Shown here piece by piece: positions 1 through 9,928 of a stretch of 64,000 nt of DNA. A program made the translations under genes and the position numbers. This DNA is from a virus: positions 32,001 through 96,000 of IMG/VR virus record IMGVR_UViG_3300000228_000004, one strand, 5' to 3'. Within the stretch, counting starts at the first letter, position 1. Each line of letters begins with the position of its first letter. Under the pieces are notes generated by a model. It was given only the letters and a program-made list of their open reading frames with translations, did not search any database and was not told where the DNA came from.

Positions 1-1074
1 TCGCCATAAAAGGTTATTTGAAAAAATAGCCCCATTTCTTTCATCTTAAACTGTAAATTGTTTAATTGTTCTTTCAATTTTTCTCCTAGATTCTTTTTGA
101 TGATATTATATTTTTCTTTGATTTCCGTTAAATGTTCGATAAAATATTTTTCCGTGATAATTTTAAAATTACCACTTGAAAATTCTTTTGCTGCGATAAA
201 CTTGACGAAATTCATTTCTGAATTTATTTCTGAATTTGGTTTTATTTCATATAAAACCCCATCTTTTTCGAAATCAACTATATATTCTATTCGTTTTATG
301 TAATTCATAAGGTATTCTTATATTTTCATAATTGTAAGTTGGGTGGAGTATGTGGAATATTGCTTCCCAAGAACTCCTAAATGGTAGACCATTCACATAA
401 CACCTTGTTTTACCCCAAGAATTCGTTACTGCTGGGGTAAAATCACCATTTAATATTTTCTTTTTCATTATCATAGATAATTTTTCGTTCCTCTTTCTTA
501 AAACTTCTCCTGACATCCTTGAGTTAGGGTTCCTGAGCCCAATAATATTTCGAGAATGTATTTTATTTTCACATTCAAGAGAACAAGTTTCCCGATACCT
601 AACATGCCTCGTTTTAAACATTTCAAACATTTCGCTCCGTTTTAGACGTTTTTCACAATTTTTACAATTACCCAAAGGATCATAAAAATCTTCTACTTCG
701 AGATCATTATTCCTATAAAGGGCAGTTTCTGATCTCCCATATTTTAGGAAAATTTTAAAATACTTATTGCCTGATAATAAATGCATACTTTCGTGTAATT
801 TACTACTGCTGAATTTCAATTTTTTTAATTCTTTTTTAAAATCTTCATCAGAAATTTGTGTAATATTTTCTGGAAAAAATACGGAGTCCAATTTAATGAA
901 ATCAAATTTTTTTAATTGCTTGAATGAGAATTTCAAATTATCATCGTCTCTTATGTTGTATATTTTTCTAAATTTTAATACTATTTTTGTTTTTATCGAA
1001 GGATGTTTGAATTGTTGAGGATTTTTGAAGAATTGTTTAAAATCTTCTTTTGTTTCGATGTTTTGGATAAGCAT
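1..1074 (-). CDS. Free-standing TnsA-like PD-(D/E)xK (homing) endonuclease, frameshifted at ~277-283, runs off the window edge
   Basis: ORF 274..1074 has FRSSWE...YE..RIPY..RIY. The alternative frame continues IVDFEKDGVLYEIKP with no stop to position 1. Restoring 2 bp in the TATATA run gives RIYIVDF..YEIKP. Lies directly after the uvsW-IntN gene. Confidence 0.7.
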
Positions 1075-1113
1075 GTAATTTCCTTGCTTTATAATATAAG
1101 GTAGACCTTAAAT

Positions 1114-2094
1114 TTATTTAATTTCAAAAATACTATCTCCAACCACTAACTCATCAACTCTTTTCCAAACTTCCCCAGTAAAAACTTTATGGTTGCCAGT
1201 TATCCTCATAACTTTCCCGTTTTCAGTTTTCACCTCGAACATTTTTTCTTTGGAAATATTTTTGTGAATTTTCTTAATGGGTTTATATTCTAAAACGCCA
1301 GTTTCTTCGTTTCTAGTTAAAACTAGATTCCCAGTTTTTAAATCTTTAATCTTAACTTTATAATTCGGTACATCAACCAATGTATCTGGGTGTAGGCACT
1401 CATCAACTAAAACATAATCGAGAGCTGAAAATTCAGTACTATTCATCAACATAGCTGACTGCCAAGTAGAAGTTGTCATTAATTTATCGAATGTTTTGAC
1501 CTTCCCAGCAAATATGGTATGGAAATGTTTATCGAGGTCTTCTTCAGTCATTCCGTAACTAGAAAAATCCGAGCGCATTTGTTCAGCCAACCCAACATTC
1601 GGTACTATCAATAAACCTCTTCTTTTCTTCCTTGCGTGGAGCGTCATGATCAAATAACAAATAAGTGATTTTCCGCTCCCAGTAGCTGATACCAATATAG
1701 ATCTCGGGTGGTTAAATGAGTGTAAAACTGCGTCTATTTGATAATCATATGGTTCAAACGGTAAACCCACTACTTTGACATGTTCTAGTATTTCTTCTCT
1801 AGACACATTCTCTTGTACCCTGATTGGGGAATATTCTTCAGATATATTATCCGCGTATCGTTTTAATATAGTCGCAACCAATCCCTTTGGAATTTGCATA
1901 CTCATATCTTTGTTCATTTTAAAAAAATACTTTTTTCCGTCCCAAATTCCCGCACGAAATTTTGGAGAGAATCGATATCCTTCGACATAAACAGATAAAT
2001 CATCCATCAACTTTATTCTTAGTTTAAGAGCTTCTTCGTCATTTTCTTCAAACTTTATAACGGAGAAGCTTTCATTTTTATCTTCTATTGTCAA
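1114..2094 (-). CDS. uvsW: UvsW SF2 helicase N-terminal half fused to a split-intein N fragment
   Basis: YRFSPKFRAGIWDG, PYDYQ, Walker A SATGSGKS, TWQS and Walker B VLVDE, followed at once by an intein block A (CLHPDTLV) and block B (ITGNHKV), then a stop. Confidence 0.9.
   Translation of the reverse strand: MTIEDKNESFSVIKFEENDEEALKLRIKLMDDLSVYVEGYRFSPKFRAGIWDGKKYFFKMNKDMSMQIPKGLVATILKRYADNISEEYSPIRVQENVSREEILEHVKVVGLPFEPYDYQIDAVLHSFNHPRSILVSATGSGKSLICYLIMTLHARKKRRGLLIVPNVGLAEQMRSDFSSYGMTEEDLDKHFHTIFAGKVKTFDKLMTTSTWQSAMLMNSTEFSALDYVLVDECLHPDTLVDVPNYKVKIKDLKTGNLVLTRNEETGVLEYKPIKKIHKNISKEKMFEVKTENGKVMRITGNHKVFTGEVWKRVDELVVGDSIFEIK
1117..1398 (-). mobile_element. Split intein N-fragment (94 aa) at the DE|xH site of UvsW
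   Basis: Begins with Cys (codon 1396-1398), has KIKDLKTGNLVL and TxNH, and ends W..VDELVVGDSI. No C-terminal HN in this ORF. Confidence 0.85.
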
Positions 2095-2109
2095 TTAAAA
2101 TCCTTTATG

Positions 2110-3903
2110 TTATTTTACTTCATATTTCTTAAAGTAAACTTTGTTACCTGAGTCATATATCTTCCTATAACCATTATTGTACATATTCTCAGTTTCTGAT
2201 AAATCTTTGTCAAATATATCTAGGATTTTATGGAGCTTATGTTTTTGGCATTTGTTCCTTGACTCCAGAAGCATAGACCCGTCCTTAAAATAGAAGTAAT
2301 TCGCTTTGGATGAATGGCTATATGTGAAACCGATAGCATCATAAAGGTTTCCCTGTGACCATCTCCTATTCGCGTATGTGACCAATGATTCTGGGGAATA
2401 GTTTTTCTCGAAATATTTTAGTAACTTACTCCCAGCACCAACTACAGTATGGTTCAATTTTGAACAAAATCTAATCAATTCATATTGATATTCTTTTGAA
2501 AACCTCGACTTTCCGAAAGTCATCAAACTCACTAAAGAACCAGCGTGGTATAACCCTATTCGAATTGATGATAGCCCCTCACCTTGTAAGTGGTTTTCGT
2601 TTTCAAAATTACTAGCAACCCTGCTAGAAACTTCCATTATATCACATTTTCTAGCATATATTCGCTTAGTTTTACCAAGCTTCGAATTTAGGACTGATTC
2701 CCAAATCTCCCTCTTTTGCAACCATTCATTTTCAAATATATGAAATAGCTGAAAGCCATTTTCTTCACAAAGATCAGTTTTATCTTCGTGCACTGACTTT
2801 AATAGTTTCTCTTTCGTCGAATTATCGAACATAGAATACTTAGATTTCCCAAAAGAATGGAACATCAACCCGTCATATTCGACGCCAAACTTATGTTCGT
2901 AAGAGATGATATCTATTTCTTTCGGCTTTATTAAACTCCTGTCATTTAGTAAAAAAGACTTATTGCCCCCTAAAAAATTAAAAATTTCAACCTGAGTTTT
3001 CCATTTGTTATCAGGGGACACCCCGAATTTTAACATGGTTATATTTGCGTTTGAAAGTGACACATTGAAAAATTCCATATATTCACCCCTTTTGAATTTG
3101 TTGATGCCGTCTTTGGTCGTGATAAAATTTTTTGCTATGTATCGTTTATTATTGAAAAATACAAAATTTTTGATATGCGACTGAGAAGAATACGGTGTAC
3201 CGCATTTCTTTAAGTTCGTTTCTTTTATTTTATCCTTTACCTGTTCTGTCATAGCTGGGTTTATCACGCCATATTTTTTTAAGTTAGTTTCTTTTATTTT
3301 CTGCTTGACTTCTTCGTTCTGTAAGCTACATTCATAACCGTATCTAATGAGGCTTGTCTCTTTAACTTTTTGCTTTACCTGATCTGACTTTAATTGGTGT
3401 TCATGCCCATATTTTTTTAAGTTCGTTACTTTAGTCTTTTTATTAACTTCTTCGTTCTGTAAGCTACATTCAGAACCATACCTTTCAAGGTTCGTTTCTT
3501 TGGCTTTTTGCTTTACCTGTTCTGACTGAGAAGAATGTAGCGTCCCGTATTTCTTTAAGTTAGTTTCTTTTATTTTCTGCTTGACTTCTTCGTTCTGTAA
3601 GCTACATTCAGAACCATACCTTTCAAGGTTCGTTTCTTTTATTTTATTCTTTTTTTGATGAGACCCAGAACTACAATGAACCGAGCAAAAGGTTTTGTAT
3701 GATTTGTACTTAAATTTTATCGGTTTACCACATTCACGAAGTGGTGGTTCAAGTATTTGGTGTTTCACCGAGTACAAAAATTCTTGAATAGTTTCAAAAG
3801 GGCGTATGTCAATATTCAAGGATTTGATAATTTCTGTGGATTTTGTACTCATATGCCCAATTTTTGTGATAACCCCGATATCACTAAGATCTTCTATTGT
3901 CAA
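2110..3903 (-). CDS. Hef-like homing endonuclease with tandem ~25-aa KETNL(E/K)(R/K)YG repeats
   Basis: CxxxC motif, about six KxKETNLxxYG repeats, nuclease motifs EIDI...GVEYDGLMFHS...HIFENEW and a C-terminal YARKC...ELIRFC...IYDSG domain typical of this phage endonuclease family. Confidence 0.75.
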   Translation of the reverse strand: MTIEDLSDIGVITKIGHMSTKSTEIIKSLNIDIRPFETIQEFLYSVKHQILEPPLRECGKPIKFKYKSYKTFCSVHCSSGSHQKKNKIKETNLERYGSECSLQNEEVKQKIKETNLKKYGTLHSSQSEQVKQKAKETNLERYGSECSLQNEEVNKKTKVTNLKKYGHEHQLKSDQVKQKVKETSLIRYGYECSLQNEEVKQKIKETNLKKYGVINPAMTEQVKDKIKETNLKKCGTPYSSQSHIKNFVFFNNKRYIAKNFITTKDGINKFKRGEYMEFFNVSLSNANITMLKFGVSPDNKWKTQVEIFNFLGGNKSFLLNDRSLIKPKEIDIISYEHKFGVEYDGLMFHSFGKSKYSMFDNSTKEKLLKSVHEDKTDLCEENGFQLFHIFENEWLQKREIWESVLNSKLGKTKRIYARKCDIMEVSSRVASNFENENHLQGEGLSSIRIGLYHAGSLVSLMTFGKSRFSKEYQYELIRFCSKLNHTVVGAGSKLLKYFEKNYSPESLVTYANRRWSQGNLYDAIGFTYSHSSKANYFYFKDGSMLLESRNKCQKHKLHKILDIFDKDLSETENMYNNGYRKIYDSGNKVYFKKYEVK

Positions 3904-3930
3904 TAATATCCCCTTATATATGTATCATAG

Positions 3931-3962
3931 TATTATAGCGGTTATTACTTAAAGTGGGCTTA
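3931..3962 (-). promoter_or_regulatory. RpoD-type promoter (TTTAAG-N~11-TATAAT) driving the endonuclease/uvsW operon
   Basis: Minus strand TAAGCCCACTTTAAGTAATAACCGCTATAATA; the same motif recurs at well over ten intergenic sites. Confidence 0.7.
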
Positions 3963-4055
3963 TGTGAGAGTGATTTTGGTTATTAATTTACGACACACAA
4001 ATTAAGTTTGTGTGCCAGGAGTCAGTCGTATATAAAAGGTATTTTGTAGTGAGTA

Positions 4056-4373
4056 TTAATGTTTATCTTTTCTAAATTTCTTGGTATTGACTGCTGAAAT
4101 ATTGGCTCTTTTGGCAGCAGGAGTTTTATTGAAAATTTTTCTTGCTCTACTGACCTCTCTTGATTTTTCTTGGTCTTTGAGAGTACAAATATACCTCACT
4201 CTTGGTCCAGGAACTCTAGCTGGGGTCATATTCCCATGACACTTCGCCTTTTTCATCATAGCAACTCTTATCTTCGCAGTTCTTTTGTCGGCTAAAGAAC
4301 GATTACCGAGGAGTTTTGTTGCGTTGTTTTCTTCATTATGACCTTCAATGGTTTCGAGTATTTCTTTAAGCAT
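4056..4373 (-). CDS. Small basic protein, possible prohead core/internal protein
   Basis: K/R-rich; N-terminus MLKEILE shared with neighbours. Confidence 0.5.
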   Translation of the reverse strand: MLKEILETIEGHNEENNATKLLGNRSLADKRTAKIRVAMMKKAKCHGNMTPARVPGPRVRYICTLKDQEKSREVSRARKIFNKTPAAKRANISAVNTKKFRKDKH

Positions 4374-4384
4374 AATTACTTCTT

Positions 4385-4717
4385 TTAATTTTCGTAGAAA
4401 ATTTCAACAGAGTCATCTTTATAGGATGAACTATCTGGTACCCATTTTGCATAATAACTGGACGGTTTGTATTCTTTTATCCAAGCTTTCACTGAAGACA
4501 AAGTCGCCTTTCCTTTAGAATTTATTCTAGTTGATTTTGCTGATTTCTTAAATCCAGATATGCCCCTATTCGCGTTCACGAAATCACCGAAATTTGAACT
4601 TGAAGATAATTGAACCCCGTCTATTTTAATGGCGTAATTAAATTTTTCAATTTTACCAATAAACGAATTTTCTTTTGCTTCTAGTTTGGTAATTTGTTCA
4701 AATATTTCTCTTAACAT
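4385..4717 (-). CDS. Hypothetical protein, probable internal head protein (start re-called at 4717, MLREIFE)
   Basis: ORF track 4385..4747; the internal ATG gives the shared MLxEIxE N-terminus. Confidence 0.55.
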   Translation of the reverse strand: MLREIFEQITKLEAKENSFIGKIEKFNYAIKIDGVQLSSSSNFGDFVNANRGISGFKKSAKSTRINSKGKATLSSVKAWIKEYKPSSYYAKWVPDSSSYKDDSVEIFYEN

Positions 4718-4721
4718 AATT

Positions 4722-4907
4722 TTATTCCCATTCTTTCTGAATTTCACTGAAAAATTTTCTTCTTTTTTCTTTATCTAATTCTGCTGGTGATTTAACGCCC
4801 CACTCTTTGAGTTTACTGTTAAAAAATTCCTGGTAATCTTTTTCTTCCATTAGCTCTTGGTGTTTATTGGTTTCAAACTCTATATTTTCAACTATTTCTT
4901 TTATCAT
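4722..4907 (-). CDS. Small hypothetical protein (MIKEIVE...)
   Basis: ORF track; shared N-terminal motif. Confidence 0.55.
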   Translation of the reverse strand: MIKEIVENIEFETNKHQELMEEKDYQEFFNSKLKEWGVKSPAELDKEKRRKFFSEIQKEWE

Positions 4908-4915
4908 ATTTCTGC

Positions 4916-5092
4916 CTATTTTTTAATAATTTTTTCAAGTTCACTTTTTACCGCTTCTATTGATTGAAGCTTGTGCGCATCGATTTTCATGTTTTGTACC
5001 GAGTTAAGTTTTTGTAGAATGGCTTTAACTTCGAATAGGACAAGTTCAAAATCTTCTTTGTAATCAACGCCTTCTATAATTTCCTTTAACAT
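4916..5092 (-). CDS. 58-aa protein missed by the ORF track (MLKEIIEGVDYKEDFELVLFEV...)
   Basis: Hand translation; AAAGGAG RBS and TTAAATA (5115-5121) upstream. Confidence 0.6.
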   Translation of the reverse strand: MLKEIIEGVDYKEDFELVLFEVKAILQKLNSVQNMKIDAHKLQSIEAVKSELEKIIKK

Positions 5093-5114
5093 AACAAATG
5101 AACTCCTTTGAGTT

Positions 5115-5121
5115 TATTTAA
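5115..5121 (-). promoter_or_regulatory. Candidate T4-type late promoter TTAAATA
   Basis: Resembles T4 TATAAATA; similar sites near 43112, 55645, 57543, 60000 and 62860. Confidence 0.4.
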
Positions 5122-5123
5122 TT

Positions 5124-5528
5124 TTAGAAATCACCAGCCTTAAATTTTTCCCAATCAATTATTGATTTCAGTGTCCATCTCATAGAGTCAAGACCTTTTA
5201 GAACTATTTCGATCTGTTCTAATAGGTCTGTCACCTCTTGAAGTTTTTTCTTTATCATTAGGTATTCATAGTCTTTTTCTATGAAAGATTTAATCTCAGC
5301 ATTATTAAGAGTGTAGTTGAAATCATTTTTATAGTATAGAAATCTTTCTTGCCATTTATTATCTAGTTCAAAAGAATAAGTCGTGTGTTTTTTCTTAATG
5401 TTATAATACATTGATTGATAAAACCCCAATATTTCTGTGTGCTTCCTGAGCCTATCAGCTATATCCGTTGTGTCGAATTTTATAAAATCATAATACTTTT
5501 CGAATACCTTCTCCATAATCAATCCCAA
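5124..5528 (-). CDS. uvsY: UvsY recombination mediator
   Basis: Helical ~134 aa, C-terminus WTLKSIIDWEKFKAG matching the UvsY pattern; near uvsW as in T4. Confidence 0.75.
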   Translation of the reverse strand: MGLIMEKVFEKYYDFIKFDTTDIADRLRKHTEILGFYQSMYYNIKKKHTTYSFELDNKWQERFLYYKNDFNYTLNNAEIKSFIEKDYEYLMIKKKLQEVTDLLEQIEIVLKGLDSMRWTLKSIIDWEKFKAGDF

Positions 5529-6004
5529 AACATTTTCGATGCTATGATACTATAAATTTCTTTTCGTGTATGGTCTTCAGTTGAAGAAACATTCAAAAAT
5601 TTACCATCTTCACCGTAATCAACGACATATTCATTTTCGATCCTGAGTGATTCAAATAAGTCAACTATTTTGTTGAGTAGTTTTTCATCCTCTTCTGCCC
5701 CGACATAGTGGCTTTGGTGCCATTTTTCAGCTCTTTCCTTATACATTTCCCTGACTACTTCATCAGCGAAAGAATAGTCATACCACCTATGTCTCCAAAT
5801 TACACTTCTATAACGCCAGAAGTTCTTTAACCCAGCTACCATATCATATCTGAAAAAATCATAAATACCACCAAAACAACGGTGAAGTATAATTTCAACT
5901 TTTTCTAATGATGTAAACTCTTGAAAATGTTTATCGAACTCTTCTACCAAATAGTCCGCCATTTTATTCTTTTCAATTTTCATTATATTCCAACTCCGTT
6001 TCAC
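5519..6004 (-). CDS. Hypothetical protein
   Basis: ORF track, operon context. Confidence 0.55.
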   Translation of the reverse strand: MKRSWNIMKIEKNKMADYLVEEFDKHFQEFTSLEKVEIILHRCFGGIYDFFRYDMVAGLKNFWRYRSVIWRHRWYDYSFADEVVREMYKERAEKWHQSHYVGAEEDEKLLNKIVDLFESLRIENEYVVDYGEDGKFLNVSSTEDHTRKEIYSIIASKMFWD

Positions 6005-6578
6005 ATTGTTTACATATTAACTCACCGAAACTATCTTCGTACAGTTCTGGTAAAATTTCATACTCTGATTGCGTAATTTCTTTTAGCCCCATCCTTTTCA
6101 GGAAACATCTAGTAATTTCTGTGTTTAAGTCGGTTAAAATGAATGGGATACCTTTTTGTTCTAGTCCTTCAACTGAACAATGCGCGCACCTATTTTTCTG
6201 AATACCTCTGAAAATGAAACCAGCTTCTTTAAAATATCGGTACTCTCGACCGATAATTTCTTTAAGTGTGATGTGATAATTGTAATCAAATTTGATTGTA
6301 GTAGAATCAAATTTCATCGGATTCCAAGGCATTAGACCAATTAACCTCATCGACAACCCTGAAAAGTGAATTTGGGTGAACATTCACTACAGTTCTTTTA
6401 TTTTTTATGGGCGTTATGTCGTTTTTACCCGAACCTCTACCCCTGTGAACCGCCTCTAATCTCACCACGCCATTATGGAAAGAAGTTGCTTTCCCTATCA
6501 TAACCTCGACATATCCACTTGCTCTGATAGAACTTCCATAAAGGAGACCTAAAACTAAATGGTTTCCATTGGCGTCTT

Positions 6579-7616
6579 TCATTTCATACCAGCTTCTTCG
6601 TTTAATTCACTCATCAAAAACTCTTTTGAAATCTTAGCAATGTACCCAAAAATTTCTTTAGGCTCTAACCCAGCTTCTGTGATAACATCGATTTCTTCTT
6701 TTAGGATATCTTTATTTACCGCTTTCAGGAAATCACCAGTCCTTTTGATATCACCTCGACCACCATTCAGTACATCGAAAGTTTCGTTGTACATTTGTGA
6801 TAGCCTATAAGCTGGCGTAACTTTTTGGGCAATGTTAATTTTCATTTGTTCTTTTTCATCATCAACTGGTTTAAGAGTTTTCACTTTTGATTTAGAGTGA
6901 GATTCACCTTTCACTTTAAATGTCTGGGCAGTATTTTTAAACCAACCTACCCACACCACCCCCTCACCGTGACCAGAAACACCAAACACTTTGCCGACTG
7001 GGCATTCTTTATCAACACTTTCAGTAATCGCAATGAGTTTATTATTGAAGAGCTCAGGCTTATTGAAGTCAATTTCCATTTCATAGGTTTCGAATTCATA
7101 TATGCTTCTAATATTTCTTTCTGAATCCAATATCAGTTCTAATGACGCTTCTGGGAATTCTACCCATTCATAATCTTCTTCAAGTTTATACTTAATAGAA
7201 AACATAAAAAAGTGTTTAGGTATCTCTGTTACAGCAACACCCTTTTGGATACCTTTCCCTGCCCATTCTCCGTAAATACAAACTTCTTCAACACCAAGAG
7301 CTTCTCTTAATTCCGCGAGTTTACCAGTGAAGTATTCTTTGTTAGTTTCTACAAAAAACGCAAACCCAGCATTGTCTTTTTCTACAGTAATGATGTTTTC
7401 TTTAGATTGTGCCCAAAGATCACCCCCGTTATAACAAATACTTGCATTAGTTCCGTGTAGCTTCACTGTACCAGTGAATTTAATTACTGGGAGGGGTTTC
7501 ATATTATCATATACGGGATTCTCGGCTTCATCTAAACTAACAAACCTTGCTTGATGAGATATGTTTCTTATTGTTTCCCTAAATTGAGAAATACTCGGCA
7601 TTTTAATTAATTTCAT
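6579..7616 (-). CDS. RNA ligase, Rnl2-like nucleotidyltransferase
   Basis: Motif I VKLHGTN, IYGEW.G.GIQKGV, GEGVVW and FKVKG. Confidence 0.8.
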   Translation of the reverse strand: MKLIKMPSISQFRETIRNISHQARFVSLDEAENPVYDNMKPLPVIKFTGTVKLHGTNASICYNGGDLWAQSKENIITVEKDNAGFAFFVETNKEYFTGKLAELREALGVEEVCIYGEWAGKGIQKGVAVTEIPKHFFMFSIKYKLEEDYEWVEFPEASLELILDSERNIRSIYEFETYEMEIDFNKPELFNNKLIAITESVDKECPVGKVFGVSGHGEGVVWVGWFKNTAQTFKVKGESHSKSKVKTLKPVDDEKEQMKINIAQKVTPAYRLSQMYNETFDVLNGGRGDIKRTGDFLKAVNKDILKEEIDVITEAGLEPKEIFGYIAKISKEFLMSELNEEAGMK

Positions 7617-8629
7617 TCAGTCTTCTTAAATATGTTTAATACATTAGTAATGTTTACCATTGAGTCATCATCCAACTTAGTAGTCTTGAGAGCAATAATA
7701 TCTTCAATCATAGAGCTATATATCCTATCAACCGCTACTTTGTAATCGATTGCTTCCATTCCTTCTTCGTTTATTGATATTAGTGTCCCTATCCCTATTT
7801 TTTCTGCTTCAGTTCTAGTCATTTTTTGTTCCTTTAAATTTCTGGCTTATCATTGAGTAAATAATCAGATGATATAAATCTCAACCACATAATATTGAAT
7901 GGGTTATAAGTTTTAAACTCTTTAACATTAGAATTTCCCAATTTAGCCCACTTCTTAGCGTTTTCATTGTTCTTAAAGTAGTGACCTGACACTTTATAAT
8001 ATTTCATTTATTCTCCTCTGAACCATTTTGTCTAATTTTGATTTTGATAGTACAGAAATACTACGCATGGCTAAAAGTAATAAAATAATAATCACCGAAA
8101 ACCATGAAAAAATTGATACTAAGATTGCATCAGCAAAACCTATATTTACATCATCCATAAATCGATTCATTAGAAAAGATATGATGATTACAAGGATGGT
8201 ACCACTAAAATATATTGCAAAAAAACCCATTTGATATCCTTTTATTGTTTATATGATATATTACACCGCGAGTTAGTTTAAAGTAAGGTTAAATCGAGAA
8301 ACTTTATATTATTTCATTTTTTCTTTCCTTTAATTTTAAGAATTTTTTCACAACAACTATCACAAATACCATACTGTGAAGTTCTACCACCGACAACCTC
8401 ACCACTGAAATCTTCAAACTCTTCATTATATGAAAACTTTCCTGGAAGTTCACTAACTTCATTTTTGTAAATATCACAAAATAGTATGCGTTTTCAGGTA
8501 TAACTATGATCATTCTAATCCTTTAAAATCCATTCACATGCCTTAAAAATGGCTTCTTGTTCAGTATCAGCATCAACAATTTCAAGAGAAGATTCTCCAG
8601 AAGAAATGAATTCACTATCGTCACTATGA

Positions 8630-8672
8630 GTGAACCACCTCGTCATTTATAGCGAGGGTTTACGAAACTGAT
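8630..8672 (-). repeat. 43-bp hairpin repeat resembling an IS200/IS605 right end (copy 1)
   Basis: Minus strand ATCAGTTTCGTAAACCCTCGCTATAAATGACGAGGTGGTTCAC; 36/43 identical to 58676-58718. Confidence 0.5.
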
Positions 8673-9214
8673 ACTAAGTAATTTTCTATAAAAGAGCGTA
8701 TTTCATTTTCGCCATCAAAATTATTAGTGAATTCATGATCATATAGACCATCTTTTTCGATGTTTCTCACGAAATCATCGAAACCATTTTCACGGTGTAT
8801 TGGTGTTTTTGTTTTTATTAATACGAAAGTGAAACCATTTTCCTTACACCAATCATATTCGTTCTGTGTCCTTACATCAGAAATGACAATACTATCCACA
8901 TTTAAAAGTAATAGTTCTTCTTGTAACATTCTCACAAACAACCCGTCTTCAGAATTCCTCAGAGAATTTAAACTCAGCCAAATTTCCCTTGGAGTTTTAG
9001 AGATAAGTTCCCCTGTCTTCGGTACTACTATATTCAATGGTTTTTCTTTTTCTTCAGGTGGGTAGTCCTTTTTCATCCAAGGGTAGATCTTAACTGCTAA
9101 TTTTTTTAATTGGTCACTGAAACTAATTCTGTTAAAACCATATTTTGTTACCATGGTTTTTACTACATAGTCTTTCCCAACACCGCTCACCCCCAATATT
9201 GCTATCTTATTCAT
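8660..9214 (-). CDS. Deoxynucleoside monophosphate kinase (T4 gp1-like)
   Basis: ILGVSGVGKD, SFSDQLK, TPREIW, VISDVR..NE. Confidence 0.8.
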   Translation of the reverse strand: MNKIAILGVSGVGKDYVVKTMVTKYGFNRISFSDQLKKLAVKIYPWMKKDYPPEEKEKPLNIVVPKTGELISKTPREIWLSLNSLRNSEDGLFVRMLQEELLLLNVDSIVISDVRTQNEYDWCKENGFTFVLIKTKTPIHRENGFDDFVRNIEKDGLYDHEFTNNFDGENEIRSFIENYLVSVS

Positions 9215-9749
9215 AATCTCGTACCGCCTTTAATATTTCTAAAATTTCACTCACTGCGTTTTCACCAATCTTAACTATATGGAATGGTTGATTATTTTTT
9301 ATTAACATATCTTTTATCCTTTCATCTAGCTCTTCTGACTCTGATAGAGTTTGTCTTCTTCCGTATGTTTGGTATGGGTGCTCTTTGGTATCTCTCTGTA
9401 AGAATATATTCAGGTGGTCATACGAATTCCAAATACCTAAAATAAGAGCTTCGAATTCTTTTTCTGGGAGATGTTTACTTTCTTGTAGGTAAACAGAACC
9501 CAGTAAAAATGGTCCATCATTAACTGTATAGTCAACTTGCTCTTCAAGTTTGAACCAATGGTGATGTTGTTTAGCCAATATCATCAATTGATCTTTTAAT
9601 TTATAGAAATCCTTACTGTATACAAGCCCTTTTGCGTATTCAGTAACGAACTCAACCTCGTACCCAAGCTTTTTCATTGAATGGAAAACCCCTGCGGCAG
9701 TCGTTGATTTTCCGGAAGACGGACCTCCGAATAGGTTGATATTCAACAT
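9207..9749 (-). CDS. P-loop kinase, NadR/AAA_28-like
   Basis: INLFGGPSSGKST, EFVTEYAK, YQTYGRRQ. Confidence 0.7.
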   Translation of the reverse strand: MLNINLFGGPSSGKSTTAAGVFHSMKKLGYEVEFVTEYAKGLVYSKDFYKLKDQLMILAKQHHHWFKLEEQVDYTVNDGPFLLGSVYLQESKHLPEKEFEALILGIWNSYDHLNIFLQRDTKEHPYQTYGRRQTLSESEELDERIKDMLIKNNQPFHIVKIGENAVSEILEILKAVRDYE

Positions 9750-9928
9750 TTACCATCCTCTAAAATTTCATAATTTAGTGTTATTTCGTTTCCTCGACAA
9801 ACGGGACAGGCGTAATATTCGTTTTCACCAAACGCGCCATACCCTTAATTTTACCATTTCCAGAACATTCAGTGCATAGTATTACGACACCATCATTTAG
9901 TAAATCTTCCAATTTCACTTTTTTATTT

